DNA of 64,000 nucleotides from an uncultured delta proteobacterium (GCA_963728565.1 CAVSLC010000023.1:224001-288000), one strand, 5' to 3'; shown: positions 1 to 10,720, counted from the stretch's first letter. The notes: a model not told the origin generated them from the sequence alone. A program made the numbers and translations.

Positions 1-1115
1 CCGACGGCGCGACCTTGTGCCAGCGGCCGGGATTTTTCCTTAAGGCGATAGATTTCGAGAGTGTCAAAGCGTTTCTGTGATTGCACCGTTTCCGGCCGCG
101 CCTGGACGATAAAAAGCTCTCCGTTGCGTCCGTCCTTCGCCCATTCAATGTCCATGGGCGTATAGCAATTGCGCTTGCGGCTGTAATGATCCTCGATCAA
201 GCAAGCCCAGCGGGCGAGGGTCAATATCTCCTCATCCGTAATGGCGAAGCGCAAGCGATCGTCCGGCCCAACGGGCACGTTCTTGACCATCTTGCCGCCG
301 CCGACATCGTAAATAAGCTTGAACTCTTTAGTGCCGGCAATCTTTTGCAGAATCGGGCGAAAGCCGTGCTTGAGAGTCGGCTTGAACACGTAATACTCGT
401 CGGGGTTGACCGATCCCTGGACGACGTTTTCGCCGAGCCCGTATGCCGCATTGATCAACACCACGTCTGGAAATCCGCTTTCTGTATCTATGGAAAACAT
501 GACTCCCGAAGCGGCGAGATCCGAGCGCACCATGCGCTGAATTCCTATGGACAACCCCACCTTTAGGTCATCGAATCCCTTGTCTTTGCGATAAGAGATG
601 GCACGGTCGGTGAAAAGCGAAGCGAAGCAGCGCTTGCAGCTTTCCAAGAGAGCCGCATCACCCTGGACGTTAAGATAGGTTTCCTGCTGGCCGGCAAAGC
701 TGGCCTCCGGCAGGTCTTCCGCCGTGGCGCTACTGCGAACCGCAACATCCACGGGTTCAGTAGCTCCTTCACAGAGCTTGTGGTAGGCCGCTAAGATCTG
801 TCTTTGCAGGTCATCGGGTAATGAGGCCTCCGTCAGTTCGCGCCGAATCGCATTGCCCCTTTGCCGAAGATTGGCAGAATCCTGAGTGTCGAGCCCGGCA
901 AGGATTTCCTTAATTCGCTGATCTAATTTCGTGCGCCGTAGCAAATCCCAGTAAGCCCCGGCCGTAATCGCGAATCCACTCGGCACCTTTATTCCTCCGG
1001 GGGTTAGCTCTCGGTAGAGCTCGCCGAGGGAAGCGTTCTTGCCGCCGACGAGCGCAACATCGTCGATGCCGATTTCCTCAAACCAGCGGATATAATGTTT
1101 GGCACTGGACATCAT
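1..1115 (-). CDS. ppsA: Phosphoenolpyruvate synthase, 5' part; runs off the window start; frameshifted near ~990 and ~770-850
   Basis: Manual translation gives MMSSAKHYIRWFEEIGIDDVALVGGKNASLGE, then AVRSSATAEDLPEASFAGQQETYLN, GLGENVVQG and MDIEWAKDG..FIVQARPETV, all PpsA motifs. GAGGAG RBS upstream. Confidence 0.9.
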   Translation of the reverse strand, partial: MMSSAKHYIRWFEEIGIDDVALVGGKNASLGELYRELTPGGIKVPSGFAITAGAYWDLLRRTKLDQRIKEILAGLDTQDSANLRQRGNAIRRELTEASLPDDLQRQILAAYHKLCEGATEPVDVAVRSSATAEDLPEASFAGQQETYLNVQGDAALLESCKRCFASLFTDRAISYRKDKGFDDLKVGLSIGIQRMVRSDLAASGVMFSIDTESGFPDVVLINAAYGLGENVVQGSVNPDEYYVFKPTLKHGFRPILQKIAGTKEFKLIYDVGGGKMVKNVPVGPDDRLRFAITDEEILTLARWACLIEDHYSRKRNCYTPMDIEWAKDGRNGELFIVQARPETVQSQKRFDTLEIYRLKEKSRPLAQGRAV

Positions 1116-1499
1116 ACGTCTCTCCTCTCTGACCGACTCCTGCTAGGCGGCCCGCCTCAGCTGATCCGCCTTTGGCGAAATGGGCCTGCGCTCATTGGAT
1201 CCGTTGCACTACATCCAAACGTTTTGAACGGATTGAACGGCTAGAGCTTTTTGAACTCAGTTCTCCCTGTAGCGGTGCAATCCGAATGTCGCTCGCAGGG
1301 GCGATTAAAGAAAGCCATGGTATGCGAAAGCTATGGCATGAGGCCGGGATGGTGCCACCAAAAACTTGCTTTGCGAATTGCAGCAGCACGGATTCTTGCA
1401 CCAATGATCACACTGTTATCGCGGCCGCACGGCGCAGCCCTTGCGCCAGGCGTAGGGATCACACGGTCAATAAAGAAGCGGTGCGTGCCGCCCGGAATC

Positions 1500-2186
1500 T
1501 TAGCCTGCGGCGGGTGCTTGGACGCGACTCCCGAGATACCGACTGAACCATTCCGCTGCTAGACGCGCCGCTTCTTGGAGCGTGCCCGGCTCTTCAAATA
1601 AATGCGTTGCACCTGGAACGATGGCCAGATGTTTTTCAGCTTTGAGTTTGGCATAAGCTTGCCGATTGAGATCAATGACAACCTCATCGAGGCCGCCAAC
1701 GATCAGCAGCGTCGGCGATTGGACCCGGTCCAGCGCCGGCATCGCTAAATCCGGCCGGCCACCACGTGACACCACTGCGCCAATCGATGAACCGAACGTC
1801 GCTGCGGCCTGCAGCGCCGCAGCCGCGCCGGTGCTTGCCCCAAAGTATCCAATGTCTAGGGAAGTGCTCCGCGGCTGCTCCATGATCCACTGGGTGGCGC
1901 GCTCCAAACGCCAGGTCAGGAGGTCGATGTCGAATCTATTCTCGTAGATGGAATCTTCCTCTGTGGTCAGCAGATCCATGAGCAACGTGCCCATCCCCGC
2001 TCTGTGGAGGACTTGAGCCACAAAGTTGTTTCTCGGACTGTGAAGGCTGCTGCCGCTGCCGTGAGCGAACAGCACGACGCCGTTGGCGTTTGCAGGGATC
2101 ACCAGCGCGCCTTCTAGCTCGATCCCGTTCGCCGGAATCTGGACGATTCGGTCGAACTGATTGTGTCCGATACGTGTTTTATTCAT
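1500..2186 (-). CDS. Dienelactone hydrolase-like alpha/beta hydrolase
   Basis: FAHGSGSS..SPRN, GYFGASTGAAAAL, VVSRGGRPDLA and PGATHLFEEPG motifs. Confidence 0.85.
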   Translation of the reverse strand: MNKTRIGHNQFDRIVQIPANGIELEGALVIPANANGVVLFAHGSGSSLHSPRNNFVAQVLHRAGMGTLLMDLLTTEEDSIYENRFDIDLLTWRLERATQWIMEQPRSTSLDIGYFGASTGAAAALQAAATFGSSIGAVVSRGGRPDLAMPALDRVQSPTLLIVGGLDEVVIDLNRQAYAKLKAEKHLAIVPGATHLFEEPGTLQEAARLAAEWFSRYLGSRVQAPAAG

Positions 2187-2206
2187 CGTGACACCACCAA
2201 CTCACT

Positions 2207-2332
2207 TCAGGCAACCAGGCAGCCGATGTTCTTGTCTTCCATAATCCAGCAAGCCTCTGCGATACTCGTCTCCGAAGAAATGGTCACCACGCGCTTTTGA
2301 CAAAATGCTCGTGAAACAAGATAGCCTCCCAT
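2207..2332 (-). pseudogene. Truncated duplicate of the N-terminus of the adjacent CBS protein
   Basis: FCQKRVVTISSETSIAEACWIMEDKNIGCLVA* parallels YCRKPVVRISPETSITEACQLMEQNNIGCLIAE in 2332..2760. Confidence 0.7.
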
Positions 2333-2760
2333 TAGGCGTTTATTTCTGGAAACTCTTCGGAGATGGCTTTGCCGATCTCCGAAATATCGCTGCCCAATTG
2401 CGCGATCAGATCTTCCAGTGTAACAAGGCCCAGAGTCGTATCGAAGCCGTTGACAATCGGTACGCGCCGGACGTGGTAGGCATGCATCAGCACGGTCAAG
2501 TGATGCAGATCCTTATCCACGGAAACACGAATCGGGTCCGGCGTCATGATGTCTTGGACCTTGGTCTTATCCGGATCGCGCTTTGTGCCGGTGACCCGGA
2601 GCGCGATGTCTCGGTCAGTGACGATGCCGCAAAGTTTTCCCTCGTGCTCGGCAATCAAGCAGCCGATGTTGTTTTGCTCCATCAGTTGGCAGGCCTCGGT
2701 AATGCTCGTTTCCGGTGATATTCTGACTACCGGTTTTCGACAATAACTTTTCAACGACAT
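2332..2760 (-). CDS. CBS domain pair protein
   Basis: GIVTDRDI, IMTPDP, VRRVPIV and GLVTLEDL. Confidence 0.9.
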   Translation of the reverse strand: MSLKSYCRKPVVRISPETSITEACQLMEQNNIGCLIAEHEGKLCGIVTDRDIALRVTGTKRDPDKTKVQDIMTPDPIRVSVDKDLHHLTVLMHAYHVRRVPIVNGFDTTLGLVTLEDLIAQLGSDISEIGKAISEEFPEINA

Positions 2761-2799
2761 GGATTCCTCCCGTAAAAGAGCCCATCTGCATTGCGTTCG

Positions 2800-3420
2800 T
2801 CATAGTTCTTTCGTTCCTATCCGGTGTATTCCCAACATCTTGAAGCCGCTGGCGCGGAGCGCCTTGGCGATTTTCTCTGGTGCCCCTGAAAGCAGACGCA
2901 AGTAGCAAATCGGATTTTCGCCCGGCTTTTCCCTGTACGTGCCGACGCCTAAAACTTCGCCGCCCTCGCGCGCGACAATGCGCGTGGCTTCGACCAAGCC
3001 GTGCTCTTCGCCTTCTAAAACCAAGTCCATCCTGGTGCTGCCGCCGTGCGACGCTCCCATGACGTCAAGGAATGCGTTGAGAATATCACTGGCGGTAATG
3101 ATGCCGATCAAGCGTCCGTCTGCCACTACAGGTAGGCCACCGACCTGCCGCTCCAGCAGAATTTGCGTCGCTTCTTCCAATGTCGTCGCCGGGGTTACGG
3201 TTAACGGATTTTCCGTCATCGCGCCGTTGATCTTGGTGTGCTCGAGATGACCATGATGCTCGCGCACGTCTCGTTCAGTGACGATGCCGACAAGCTTGCC
3301 TTCGCTCACCACTGGCACCCGGCGAAATCCGCCCGCCTGCATTTTATGCGAGGCGCGGATCAGCAAATCATCCGGCCCAACCGTAATCGGTTCTTTAGTC
3401 ATGCGGTTTCCAACGATCAT
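2800..3420 (-). CDS. CBS pair plus ACT-like domain protein (AcuB-like)
   Basis: MIVGNRMTKEP..GIVTERDV..GIITASDIL plus a C-terminal ACT-like region; GAGG RBS before ATG 3420. Confidence 0.85.
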   Translation of the reverse strand: MIVGNRMTKEPITVGPDDLLIRASHKMQAGGFRRVPVVSEGKLVGIVTERDVREHHGHLEHTKINGAMTENPLTVTPATTLEEATQILLERQVGGLPVVADGRLIGIITASDILNAFLDVMGASHGGSTRMDLVLEGEEHGLVEATRIVAREGGEVLGVGTYREKPGENPICYLRLLSGAPEKIAKALRASGFKMLGIHRIGTKEL

Positions 3421-3520
3421 ATTGACCTCACGGTTCTCTTTGTCGCTTGGCTGGGAGCAAGTCCCGTCGGGCAACGAGTCCGGCAAGCGGTACTGTCGAT
3501 CACGTCGTGGCTTATTGCCA

Positions 3521-3694
3521 TCAACTCTTCTTAGACGTCTTCACCTGCACCAGCGAAATCGTCTTAACCACTTTTGTGCTGCCGCACGAGGGACATTTAT
3601 TGTTTTCTTTAATCCGCTTGTCGTACTCGGAGAGCGACCAGATTCTTTCGAAAGCCTTGTCGCACTTCTCGCAGCGAAATTCATAAGTCGGCAT
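3521..3694 (-). CDS. FmdB-family zinc-ribbon protein (57 aa, not in the ORF track)
   Basis: MPTYEFRCEKC...KCPSCGSTKV; GGAGG RBS. Confidence 0.85.
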   Translation of the reverse strand: MPTYEFRCEKCDKAFERIWSLSEYDKRIKENNKCPSCGSTKVVKTISLVQVKTSKKS

Positions 3695-3712
3695 GTGGCG
3701 TCCTCCTGCTCC

Positions 3713-4432
3713 TCAGCGTTCGGCCTGTATCCGGTTGATGACTTCACTGACCCCAAGCACGTACCAGGCATCGCGTTCGGCCATCTGCTTCATGGTCTCA
3801 TTCGGAACCAACCCATCCATAGTGACGACCCACTCTTTGGTTGTGACCCGGATCTTGGTCGCATCGACAAATGGATCTTTTTCCAAGGCGAGGTGGACCC
3901 CGTCGGTCAGCTCATCGTCGTTATCTTCTTGCGCGGGCACTTCTTCCAAGCCGTTAACAACGTCGCGAGTCCCGGGTACCCACCAGGCAAGGACGCCGGC
4001 TAAGCGCTTGTGCGATAGGCTGGGCACTTTCCCATTGAGCGTCACTGTGCCGTCGCTGACGGCGACAACAATCGATCCCGCAAGTTCGCCCGCGGCCTTT
4101 TCAGTTGCGACCTGATTACCGACGAAGCCCTCGATAATGCAGTGTTCCAGCGCCGGTTCTTCAAACAGGACCTTGCATACGTGATCGCGAATTTCGGCGT
4201 CTCCCATTTTTTCAGCGGGAGTGACCCTCAGCCGATCGACGATTCGTCCAACACCATGAGTATGCGACGCCGCTACAAGAGCCAACTTTTTGGCGGCGAT
4301 ACCCTCGACCTCTCCCGTCAGGATCAGATCGTCGTTTTGAGCGGCAATGGCAATCGGATAGCGATGAAGGTTAATTCGGGGATCTTTTTCGAGGACGGCA
4401 CGGACCTGCTTTATGGTTGCTTGTTTATTCAT
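3713..4432 (-). CDS. BON domain protein (three BON repeats)
   Basis: Repeated D.EI...V.L / VTL.G.V / GV..V.N.L pattern. Confidence 0.85.
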   Translation of the reverse strand: MNKQATIKQVRAVLEKDPRINLHRYPIAIAAQNDDLILTGEVEGIAAKKLALVAASHTHGVGRIVDRLRVTPAEKMGDAEIRDHVCKVLFEEPALEHCIIEGFVGNQVATEKAAGELAGSIVVAVSDGTVTLNGKVPSLSHKRLAGVLAWWVPGTRDVVNGLEEVPAQEDNDDELTDGVHLALEKDPFVDATKIRVTTKEWVVTMDGLVPNETMKQMAERDAWYVLGVSEVINRIQAER

Positions 4433-4594
4433 CGTCCTTGCACTTTCGGGTTCCCCGTAATGGCGAGATTCCTGCCTCGCCGCATCGCACCTAGAGTGAG
4501 GAAAATATTGATGCGATAGCGTGCGAATGACGAGGCGCCAATCAGTTTCGGTTCCATAAATGATTCGGTGCTATTCCTATGCTCGAATTCCTGC

Positions 4595-4609
4595 GCAAAG
4601 CATGTGCCA
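4595..4609 (-). promoter_or_regulatory. Sigma-54 -24/-12 promoter
   Basis: TGGCACATGCTTTGC (GG-N10-GC) upstream of the BON/CBS unit. Confidence 0.75.
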
Positions 4610-4786
4610 TTACAATCGCCTTCTTGTTCATGGCCCTTGATAATATCGTGTCGAGATTACGAGGAATCCCAACGCCTTTGAACATGACTTGCGGTCGTTT
4701 TTTTAATCTTGATATTTTCCACCCATCAATTTCTTAGCGGCGGGAATTAAGATCACCGGCGAACTAATTCAAACAGTAGCTTTATC

Positions 4787-4801
4787 TGGCACGCTGCATG
4801 C
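4787..4801 (+). promoter_or_regulatory. Sigma-54 -24/-12 promoter
   Basis: TGGCACGCTGCATGC, 42 nt before ATG 4844. Confidence 0.7.
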
Positions 4802-4843
4802 GGGCTGTGATGTCTGTAAGCGAAGTTCGCCTGGAGGTGTCGT

Positions 4844-5098
4844 ATGGAAGATGTGGACATTGAGCAAAGATTCCATTTCATGCAAAAGCAGATCGAAGCG
4901 ACGGTTTCGTTAACGCGGGAATGCAGACTCGATCTGATGGCGGCCATTGATTCACTTAGGATCGAGCTCGAAGTCTTGAAGAGCTACATGGAACGCTATC
5001 ATCCTGGTTTTGCGGAGTCTTATCCAAAGTTCAGGGAAGAGGCGATTCAGGCAATCGATCCAGAATGGATTGGCTCGGTAGCCCGGAAAAACGCTTGA
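4844..5098 (+). CDS. Hypothetical helical protein
   Basis: GGAGGT RBS, sigma-54 motif upstream, protein-like composition. Confidence 0.65.
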   Translation: MEDVDIEQRFHFMQKQIEATVSLTRECRLDLMAAIDSLRIELEVLKSYMERYHPGFAESYPKFREEAIQAIDPEWIGSVARKNA

Positions 5099-5344
5099 AG
5101 GCCGCTAATGCAGTCGGCCTGCATGGCGCATTGCCAGTGTGCAAAAATCGTCGTCGGCCCTTGGCCATTGATGAGACGGCAAAACATGCCTCGCGGACTG
5201 GGACCGCTGCATGGATTTCGCACCAATGAGAGAAACAGACCGCGCGATTCGCAAAGGTGATTAAGGTACAGGATATCGCGACGAAAAGTCGCACCGATCA
5301 ATCTCAAATCGAATTCGTCGCCCAATTGAACAGATGATTCCAAT

Positions 5345-5575
5345 CTAGTACGGAAGGGACAGTCCGAGGCTTGCCTTCTGCGCGGGGGTCAAACGGTCCG
5401 CTCTGATATAGCCAAGCTCTTCCAGTCGTTTGATACAGGCATCGCCGTCTTCGCCCACCGGACAGTAACGGAGTTCGTTTGTCTTCACGTTAAGCAACAG
5501 GATTGATGTCGGTCCACAGCTAAGTACCGCATTGCAGATGATAATCGACATGGAAATGCCAAGGGCGTGTTTCAT
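5345..5575 (-). CDS. Small putative lipoprotein
   Basis: Hydrophobic N-terminus ending VLSC (lipobox-like) plus two further Cys. Confidence 0.45.
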   Translation of the reverse strand: MKHALGISMSIIICNAVLSCGPTSILLLNVKTNELRYCPVGEDGDACIKRLEELGYIRADRLTPAQKASLGLSLPY

Positions 5576-5748
5576 TCGATGGAATTGCGGCGGCTCTCGT
5601 CGTCTCTTGAGCGCGTCCTTATATATGTCCTGCCGATCGAAGAAGCGGAAACCGCGTTCACTTCAAGGTGTGACCGTAAGCCGCTGTGCGCGTCATTCCA
5701 GAAAACAAGCTCGGGTTCTCAGGCAGGTTGTGCACCTGGAACTTCACC

Positions 5749-6861
5749 TTAATGCCAACGGAGGTTGAAAATATTCTCATCGCTCTGCTGCACCGCAGTA
5801 TTAAATCGCTTCCCTTCTCGATTGAGCAGATCCGCCAGCCACTGTGAGTCGGTCGCGGAAGCGCGATTCAATCGAAAGCGGCGGATTTGGGTTGGTATCA
5901 GCCGCAACGCGATAAGTTTGCCGGTGCCGGAATTGATATCCGCAAAGTACATCAGACCGAGATCGCCGCGAAATTGCTCGTGGCCGCTGATGCCCTCATA
6001 ATCATTGAAAAAATCGCCGCAGCCGTAAAGAATCAGGCGCTCTCTGTAGACTTCGATTGCTTTGACATGGTGCGACGAATGGCCGTGAACAATATCAGCT
6101 CCAGCTTCCTCGACCAGCCGATGAGCGAGTCTATTCTCGCTACGGGGAATTCTATAGCCCCAGTTGCTCCCCCAGTGCATCGAGACGATAACGATGTCAC
6201 CTGTTCGTCTAATCGCGCTGATTTCATTCGCTAGGAAGCGCACAAGATCATCCGGGTAGGATTCTATCAGATGCAGGCCAGGCAGGTTTTCTCGGGCCGA
6301 CCATTCGGCCAGGATGCCGCTTGATGTCGAGCCCAGGCCGAAGACGATGACCCTTGTGCGTTCTCCAGTTTTCACGATTGCCGGCGCCCGGGCTTCCTGG
6401 AGGTTAAGGCCGGCGCCGGCGTGTTTGATCTTTACTTTGTCGAGCACGTCGAGAGTTTCGACCAGTCCGGGAATTCCCCAGTCGAGGATATGATTGTTCG
6501 CAACGACGCAGCAATCGACTCCGGCTGCCGTAAGCGACGGAATATTGTCCGGGCTCATCTTGTAGTGGACGTTTTTGCTCTGCCAGTGGGTATCGCTACG
6601 AGTGACCGCCGTTTCCAAATTAATTATCTTCGCTCGTGGTTTTTCGCGCTGAAACACCTCCACCGTGTCGCCCCAGATGTAGCTGAAATCGACCGGGCGC
6701 ATCAGCGGACCGTTTGCCTGCTCGGCAAGCCTTACATATTCGGACGCATTCTCGACGCATGGCTCGTAGAGCCGTGGATCTCCTGGATAGGGTAGGGCTT
6801 GATCGATCCCGCGCGCGGTCATCACGTCACCGCATAAAAACAAAGTCACTGTTTCGTTCAT
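5749..6861 (-). CDS. CapA-family metallophosphoesterase (poly-gamma-glutamate synthesis-like)
   Basis: GDVM..RG, NLET, ANNH.LDWG, HWG and HGHSSHH motifs. Confidence 0.9.
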   Translation of the reverse strand: MNETVTLFLCGDVMTARGIDQALPYPGDPRLYEPCVENASEYVRLAEQANGPLMRPVDFSYIWGDTVEVFQREKPRAKIINLETAVTRSDTHWQSKNVHYKMSPDNIPSLTAAGVDCCVVANNHILDWGIPGLVETLDVLDKVKIKHAGAGLNLQEARAPAIVKTGERTRVIVFGLGSTSSGILAEWSARENLPGLHLIESYPDDLVRFLANEISAIRRTGDIVIVSMHWGSNWGYRIPRSENRLAHRLVEEAGADIVHGHSSHHVKAIEVYRERLILYGCGDFFNDYEGISGHEQFRGDLGLMYFADINSGTGKLIALRLIPTQIRRFRLNRASATDSQWLADLLNREGKRFNTAVQQSDENIFNLRWH

Positions 6862-6929
6862 GCGGCTAGCGTCTTTTCAGCACGGACTGCGCACCAAAGC
6901 GATTCAACGAAGAGCCTGGCCGTCACGAT

Positions 6930-7303
6930 TTCGACTGCTTGCTCGGGCGGCCGACTGTGCGAAGACAGGCCGCTGTGTCGATGGACGCCTTTCCAAGATT
7001 GACATAGTCGGCAACCGAGATGCCCTCGAGCCGGGTCGGTTCCTGCCAGTACAAGCTGATGTCGAGTTGAGCGCGCTCGTAGAGCCGGAGCGCATTGATG
7101 GACCTGCCTTCGGATAGGATCTCGCCGCGGTTGGGGTGTATCCTTCACAACCTAAGATCACGTAAGCCCAGTGAGCTCGTGCCTGATCCGTTGGTTCCTA
7201 CCAGGGCGTGAATTTCTCGAGGGTTGATACTAATATCAAGCCTATCGAAAATACTTTGCCCTCCGATCTGGAAGGAAAGATTCTTGACCTGTAATAGTTG
7301 CAT
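6930..7303 (-). pseudogene. SufC/SmsC-like ABC ATPase remnant (frameshifted, truncated)
   Basis: MQLLQVKNLSF...EIHALVGTNGSGTSS (Walker A Lys lost); continues in other frames as ILGCEGYTPT and ERAQLDISLYWQEPTRLEGISVADYVNLG. 3' end approximate. Confidence 0.65.
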
Positions 7304-7333
7304 AGCGACTTGTCACTGCTTAATCGTCGAGTT

Positions 7334-8275
7334 TCATGCGTGCGCTAAGACATTGCCGAGTGATTCCCGGCGATACAGTCGCTGGATCGTTTCCGCCAAG
7401 AGCGGTGCCAACGACGAGACCTGGAGGGGCAGAGGAGATCGCTCAGGTCTGGGCACACTGTCGGAGACATAAATCTTCTCGATCGGCAGTTGTGCCAGCC
7501 GATCGACGGCGTTACCTACGAACAAACCGTGGCTCGCCACGACCTTAATGCCGGAGGATGAGCAGCCGGCGTCGAGCAGCGCTTTAATCGCCTTCTCTAT
7601 GGTTCCGCCGGTTGTGATCATATCATCAACGACAACTATCTCTCTGTCGCGGACATCGCCGATGATGCGTTGGACGGTGACTTCGGCGCCGCTGATGCGA
7701 GTTTTATGGATAATCGCCACCGATAAACCGAGCAGCCTGGCGTAGTGCTCGGCCATCTTGACCGCGCCAAGATCCGGCGAGACAACAACGCCATCTTTGT
7801 GGACCGAAGGTCGGACGGCATTAGCTAAAATTGAGATGGCGCTTACATGCTCTACCGGAACCGCAAAGGCGCTTTCGACTGCGCGGCTGTGAAAATCCAC
7901 GACCACGACTCGCTGGACTGCGCAGGCAGCGATCAGATCGGCAAGCAGCCGCAAGCTCACGGGCTCGCGCCCGTGGGCGCGGCGGTCCTGCCGGGCGTAG
8001 CCGAAATAAGGGATGACGGCTGTCAGGTGAGTCGCTCCCGCGCGGCGGCATGCATCGGCCAGAAAAAACAATTCAAAGAAGTGCTCGTCCACGGGGGGAC
8101 GGGTCGGCTCAATCAGATAAACGTCACACCCGCGCACGCTCTGTTTGATTTCAATGTTTAGCTCACCGTCGGGAAAACGCTCCAAAATCCGCGGCACAAG
8201 CTCGACCCCAAGATTTTTTGCAACCTCTTCAGCAAGTGGATAGTTTGACGAACCTGTGACGATCTCAAGGCTCAT
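7334..8275 (-). CDS. prs: Ribose-phosphate pyrophosphokinase
   Basis: FPDGE, PYFGYARQDR, SPDLGA and VVDDMITTGGT; AGGAG RBS before 8275. Confidence 0.92.
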   Translation of the reverse strand: MSLEIVTGSSNYPLAEEVAKNLGVELVPRILERFPDGELNIEIKQSVRGCDVYLIEPTRPPVDEHFFELFFLADACRRAGATHLTAVIPYFGYARQDRRAHGREPVSLRLLADLIAACAVQRVVVVDFHSRAVESAFAVPVEHVSAISILANAVRPSVHKDGVVVSPDLGAVKMAEHYARLLGLSVAIIHKTRISGAEVTVQRIIGDVRDREIVVVDDMITTGGTIEKAIKALLDAGCSSSGIKVVASHGLFVGNAVDRLAQLPIEKIYVSDSVPRPERSPLPLQVSSLAPLLAETIQRLYRRESLGNVLAHA

Positions 8276-8292
8276 GGTCTCTCCTAAAGCCA

Positions 8293-9723
8293 CTAGCCTT
8301 TGATGCAGATTACCGGTTCGAGCCGCGCGACGGTGCGCGCCAAGCCAGCATGATCCGCCGCTTCAACCACTTCTGTCACGTCTTTATACGCGCCCGGCGC
8401 TTCTTCGGCGACGCCGCGCATCGAACGGCTACGAATCAAGACGCCGCGGCTCGCGAGATTTTGAACGACCTCAGAGCCGCGCCACTGTCGACATGCTTGA
8501 TGCCGACTCATGCTGCGGCCGGCGCCGTGACAGGCGGAGCCGAAGGCGAGGTCCATGCCTGCCGTCGTCCCTGACAATATATAAGATGCCGTCCCCATGG
8601 TTCCGCCAATCAGCACGGGCTGTCCAACCGCTCGCAACGGCTGGGCAATTGCGTGATGTCCCGGGCCAAAGGCGCGTGTCGCGCCCTTGCGATGGACGAA
8701 GAGATGCATCTCTCTTCCATCAACAATATGATCTTCTACCTTACAGGTGTTGTGCGACACGTCATAGAGCAACGGCAGCTCCGCTTGCGGAAAAATTTCC
8801 GTGAACGCCTCGCGCACGAGATGCGTGATGATCTGGCGGTTGGCGAGCGCGCAGTTGATGGCGCCTCGCATAGCGCCCAGATAAGCTCGGCCGACCGTTG
8901 AGTAGATCGGCGCGCAAGCGAGCTCGCGGTCCGGTAAATCGATGCCATACTCGGATGCGGCGGCGGCCATGCGTGTCAGAAATTCCGTGCCGATTTGATG
9001 GCCGAGACCGCGCGAGCCGCAGTGAATAGTGAGGACGACGTCGCCTTCGAATACTTTAAAAGCTGAAGCAATTCCGCGGTCAATGATCTTGGTGACATGC
9101 TGGACTTCGAGATAATGATTCCCCGACCCGAGAGTTCCCATTTCATCGCGCTGGCGCTTCTTGGCGCGATCGGAAACTTCGGTTGGGCGCGCATCTGCAA
9201 TGCAGCCGCTTTCCTCGATCCTTTGTAGATCTTCAACCGTTCCGTAACCCTGCTTTACCGCCCATTGCGCGCCGCCCAAGAGCATCGAGTCCATTTCCTT
9301 GTCGTTCAAACTAAGCTTGCCTCGACTGCCGACGCCTGCGGGAATTCTGTGGAAGAGCGCATCGGCTAACCTTTCCTTCACCGATTGAATCTCTTCGAGG
9401 GTCACCCCGGTCAAGAGGGTGCGCACGCCGCAGGAAATATCAAAGCCGACGCCGCCGGCGGAAATGACGCCGCCATCGTCCGGGTCAAAAGCCGCTACTC
9501 CGCCGATTGGAAAGCCATATCCCCAATGGGCATCGGGCATGGCATACGAGGCTCTGACGATCCCCGGCAGAGTCGCGACGTTGGTTACCTGTTCGTAAAC
9601 CTTTTCATCCATGTCGCAAATCAACGACTCGGTAGCGAAGATCACTGCCGGCACTCGCATTTTGCCGTGAGCAGCGATTCGCCATTGATGTTCCGTTTGT
9701 CTCTGCAACCGCGTGGTATCCAC
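8293..9723 (-). CDS. rtcB: RtcB RNA ligase
   Basis: MPDAHWGYGFPIGGV, DISCG, GTLGSGNHYLE, HCGSRG, HRKGAT, SACHGAGR and EEAPGAYK. Confidence 0.95.
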   Translation of the reverse strand: MDTTRLQRQTEHQWRIAAHGKMRVPAVIFATESLICDMDEKVYEQVTNVATLPGIVRASYAMPDAHWGYGFPIGGVAAFDPDDGGVISAGGVGFDISCGVRTLLTGVTLEEIQSVKERLADALFHRIPAGVGSRGKLSLNDKEMDSMLLGGAQWAVKQGYGTVEDLQRIEESGCIADARPTEVSDRAKKRQRDEMGTLGSGNHYLEVQHVTKIIDRGIASAFKVFEGDVVLTIHCGSRGLGHQIGTEFLTRMAAAASEYGIDLPDRELACAPIYSTVGRAYLGAMRGAINCALANRQIITHLVREAFTEIFPQAELPLLYDVSHNTCKVEDHIVDGREMHLFVHRKGATRAFGPGHHAIAQPLRAVGQPVLIGGTMGTASYILSGTTAGMDLAFGSACHGAGRSMSRHQACRQWRGSEVVQNLASRGVLIRSRSMRGVAEEAPGAYKDVTEVVEAADHAGLARTVARLEPVICIKG

Positions 9724-9732
9724 GAAACTCTC

Positions 9733-10155
9733 CTAGACGTCAACAACGCACTGCGCCAGCCAGGCGCCTCCTGCGTCTTGCGCCACCTTTAACTCCGTGC
9801 ACGTGGCGCCTTTGACCTCAACGGCCAACTCATGTCGATTGGCATCGATAGATTCACCCCAGGCTTTGCCCACCAAATTGTGTCCGTCGATGTGAACCTC
9901 GAATCGCGCGAACAGCATGGTTCGCGTCGCCATCTCGTAAACCAAAGCATTAAGCCATTCGACGAGTAACAACTCATCGTCAGGTGCTTCGCATGTCACC
10001 TGGACAAGCTCTTTGGCCGCGACGGAGTTGGGGTCGGTGATGACCGCCGTCAAGGCGACAGCCGCCTGCTCGAAACACTCCTCCTTCGAGCTTCCTACGC
10101 CTCTTACGCCGATGTCGGCACCGTGAGGGGTGAGCTCATAACTGGCTTTAGCCAT
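9733..10155 (-). CDS. Archease (RtcB activator)
   Basis: HGADIG, VEVKGAT and C-terminal VDV; directly upstream of rtcB. Confidence 0.92.
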   Translation of the reverse strand: MAKASYELTPHGADIGVRGVGSSKEECFEQAAVALTAVITDPNSVAAKELVQVTCEAPDDELLLVEWLNALVYEMATRTMLFARFEVHIDGHNLVGKAWGESIDANRHELAVEVKGATCTELKVAQDAGGAWLAQCVVDV

Positions 10156-10387
10156 TTACCTTCCATCGAACGCTGCGGCTCATTCTCAAGGCAACCAGTA
10201 AGGTCACTTTGTAAGCCGCTTGAGCCCTCGATGCTTGGCTGCTTAGTGCTTGGGTCCGCAAACTGCCCGGCGTCAAGGTTGGTGGTCATGATCGGCTTCC
10301 TGCCCATCACATGGACAACTCTTCTCCCGCCGTTTAGCGGTCATTCTCTCCAAGTGAACGGCCGATCAGGGTTATTGCTCGCGCAAT

Positions 10388-10720
10388 TCAAGACTCGCCG
10401 GCTCTGATAACGTTTGGGGCGGTCACTTGGTAAAGCTCTCGCTTCGATGATTCCTCCAACAGACCGGAAATCCTTTTCGCCCACGGCTGAAAGTCGAGTC
10501 CTTCTGTGACTGTCTTAATTTGCCGCTCCAGAGTTCCGGGATCGTCTACTTCCTGCTCAAAAACCAAATCCGGAGCGCCCAAGGAACCGAAGTGTGTGCG
10601 CATAACTCGGGCGTTCCGCCCGCCCGCATTTTCTACCCATTTGAGAAGCGTCAGCAGTCCCTCTTCAACTTCGTGGGTCTTTCCAGGCAACGTATGAAAT
10701 GTCAGCCGCGATACATACAT
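10388..10720 (-). CDS. Hypothetical dimeric alpha-beta barrel (NIPSNAP/ABM-like) protein
   Basis: MYVSRLTFHTLPGKT...RELY pattern; AGGAGGT RBS. Confidence 0.6.
   Translation of the reverse strand: MYVSRLTFHTLPGKTHEVEEGLLTLLKWVENAGGRNARVMRTHFGSLGAPDLVFEQEVDDPGTLERQIKTVTEGLDFQPWAKRISGLLEESSKRELYQVTAPNVIRAGES

Noticed and set aside
1343-1357. TGGCACCATCCCGGC as a sigma-54 promoter for ppsA
   Set aside because: The -12 element is poor, so it was not counted.
2207-2209. TGA after IGCLVA as possible Sec
   Set aside because: It aligns to Glu in the paralog rather than Cys, and the frame closes soon after.
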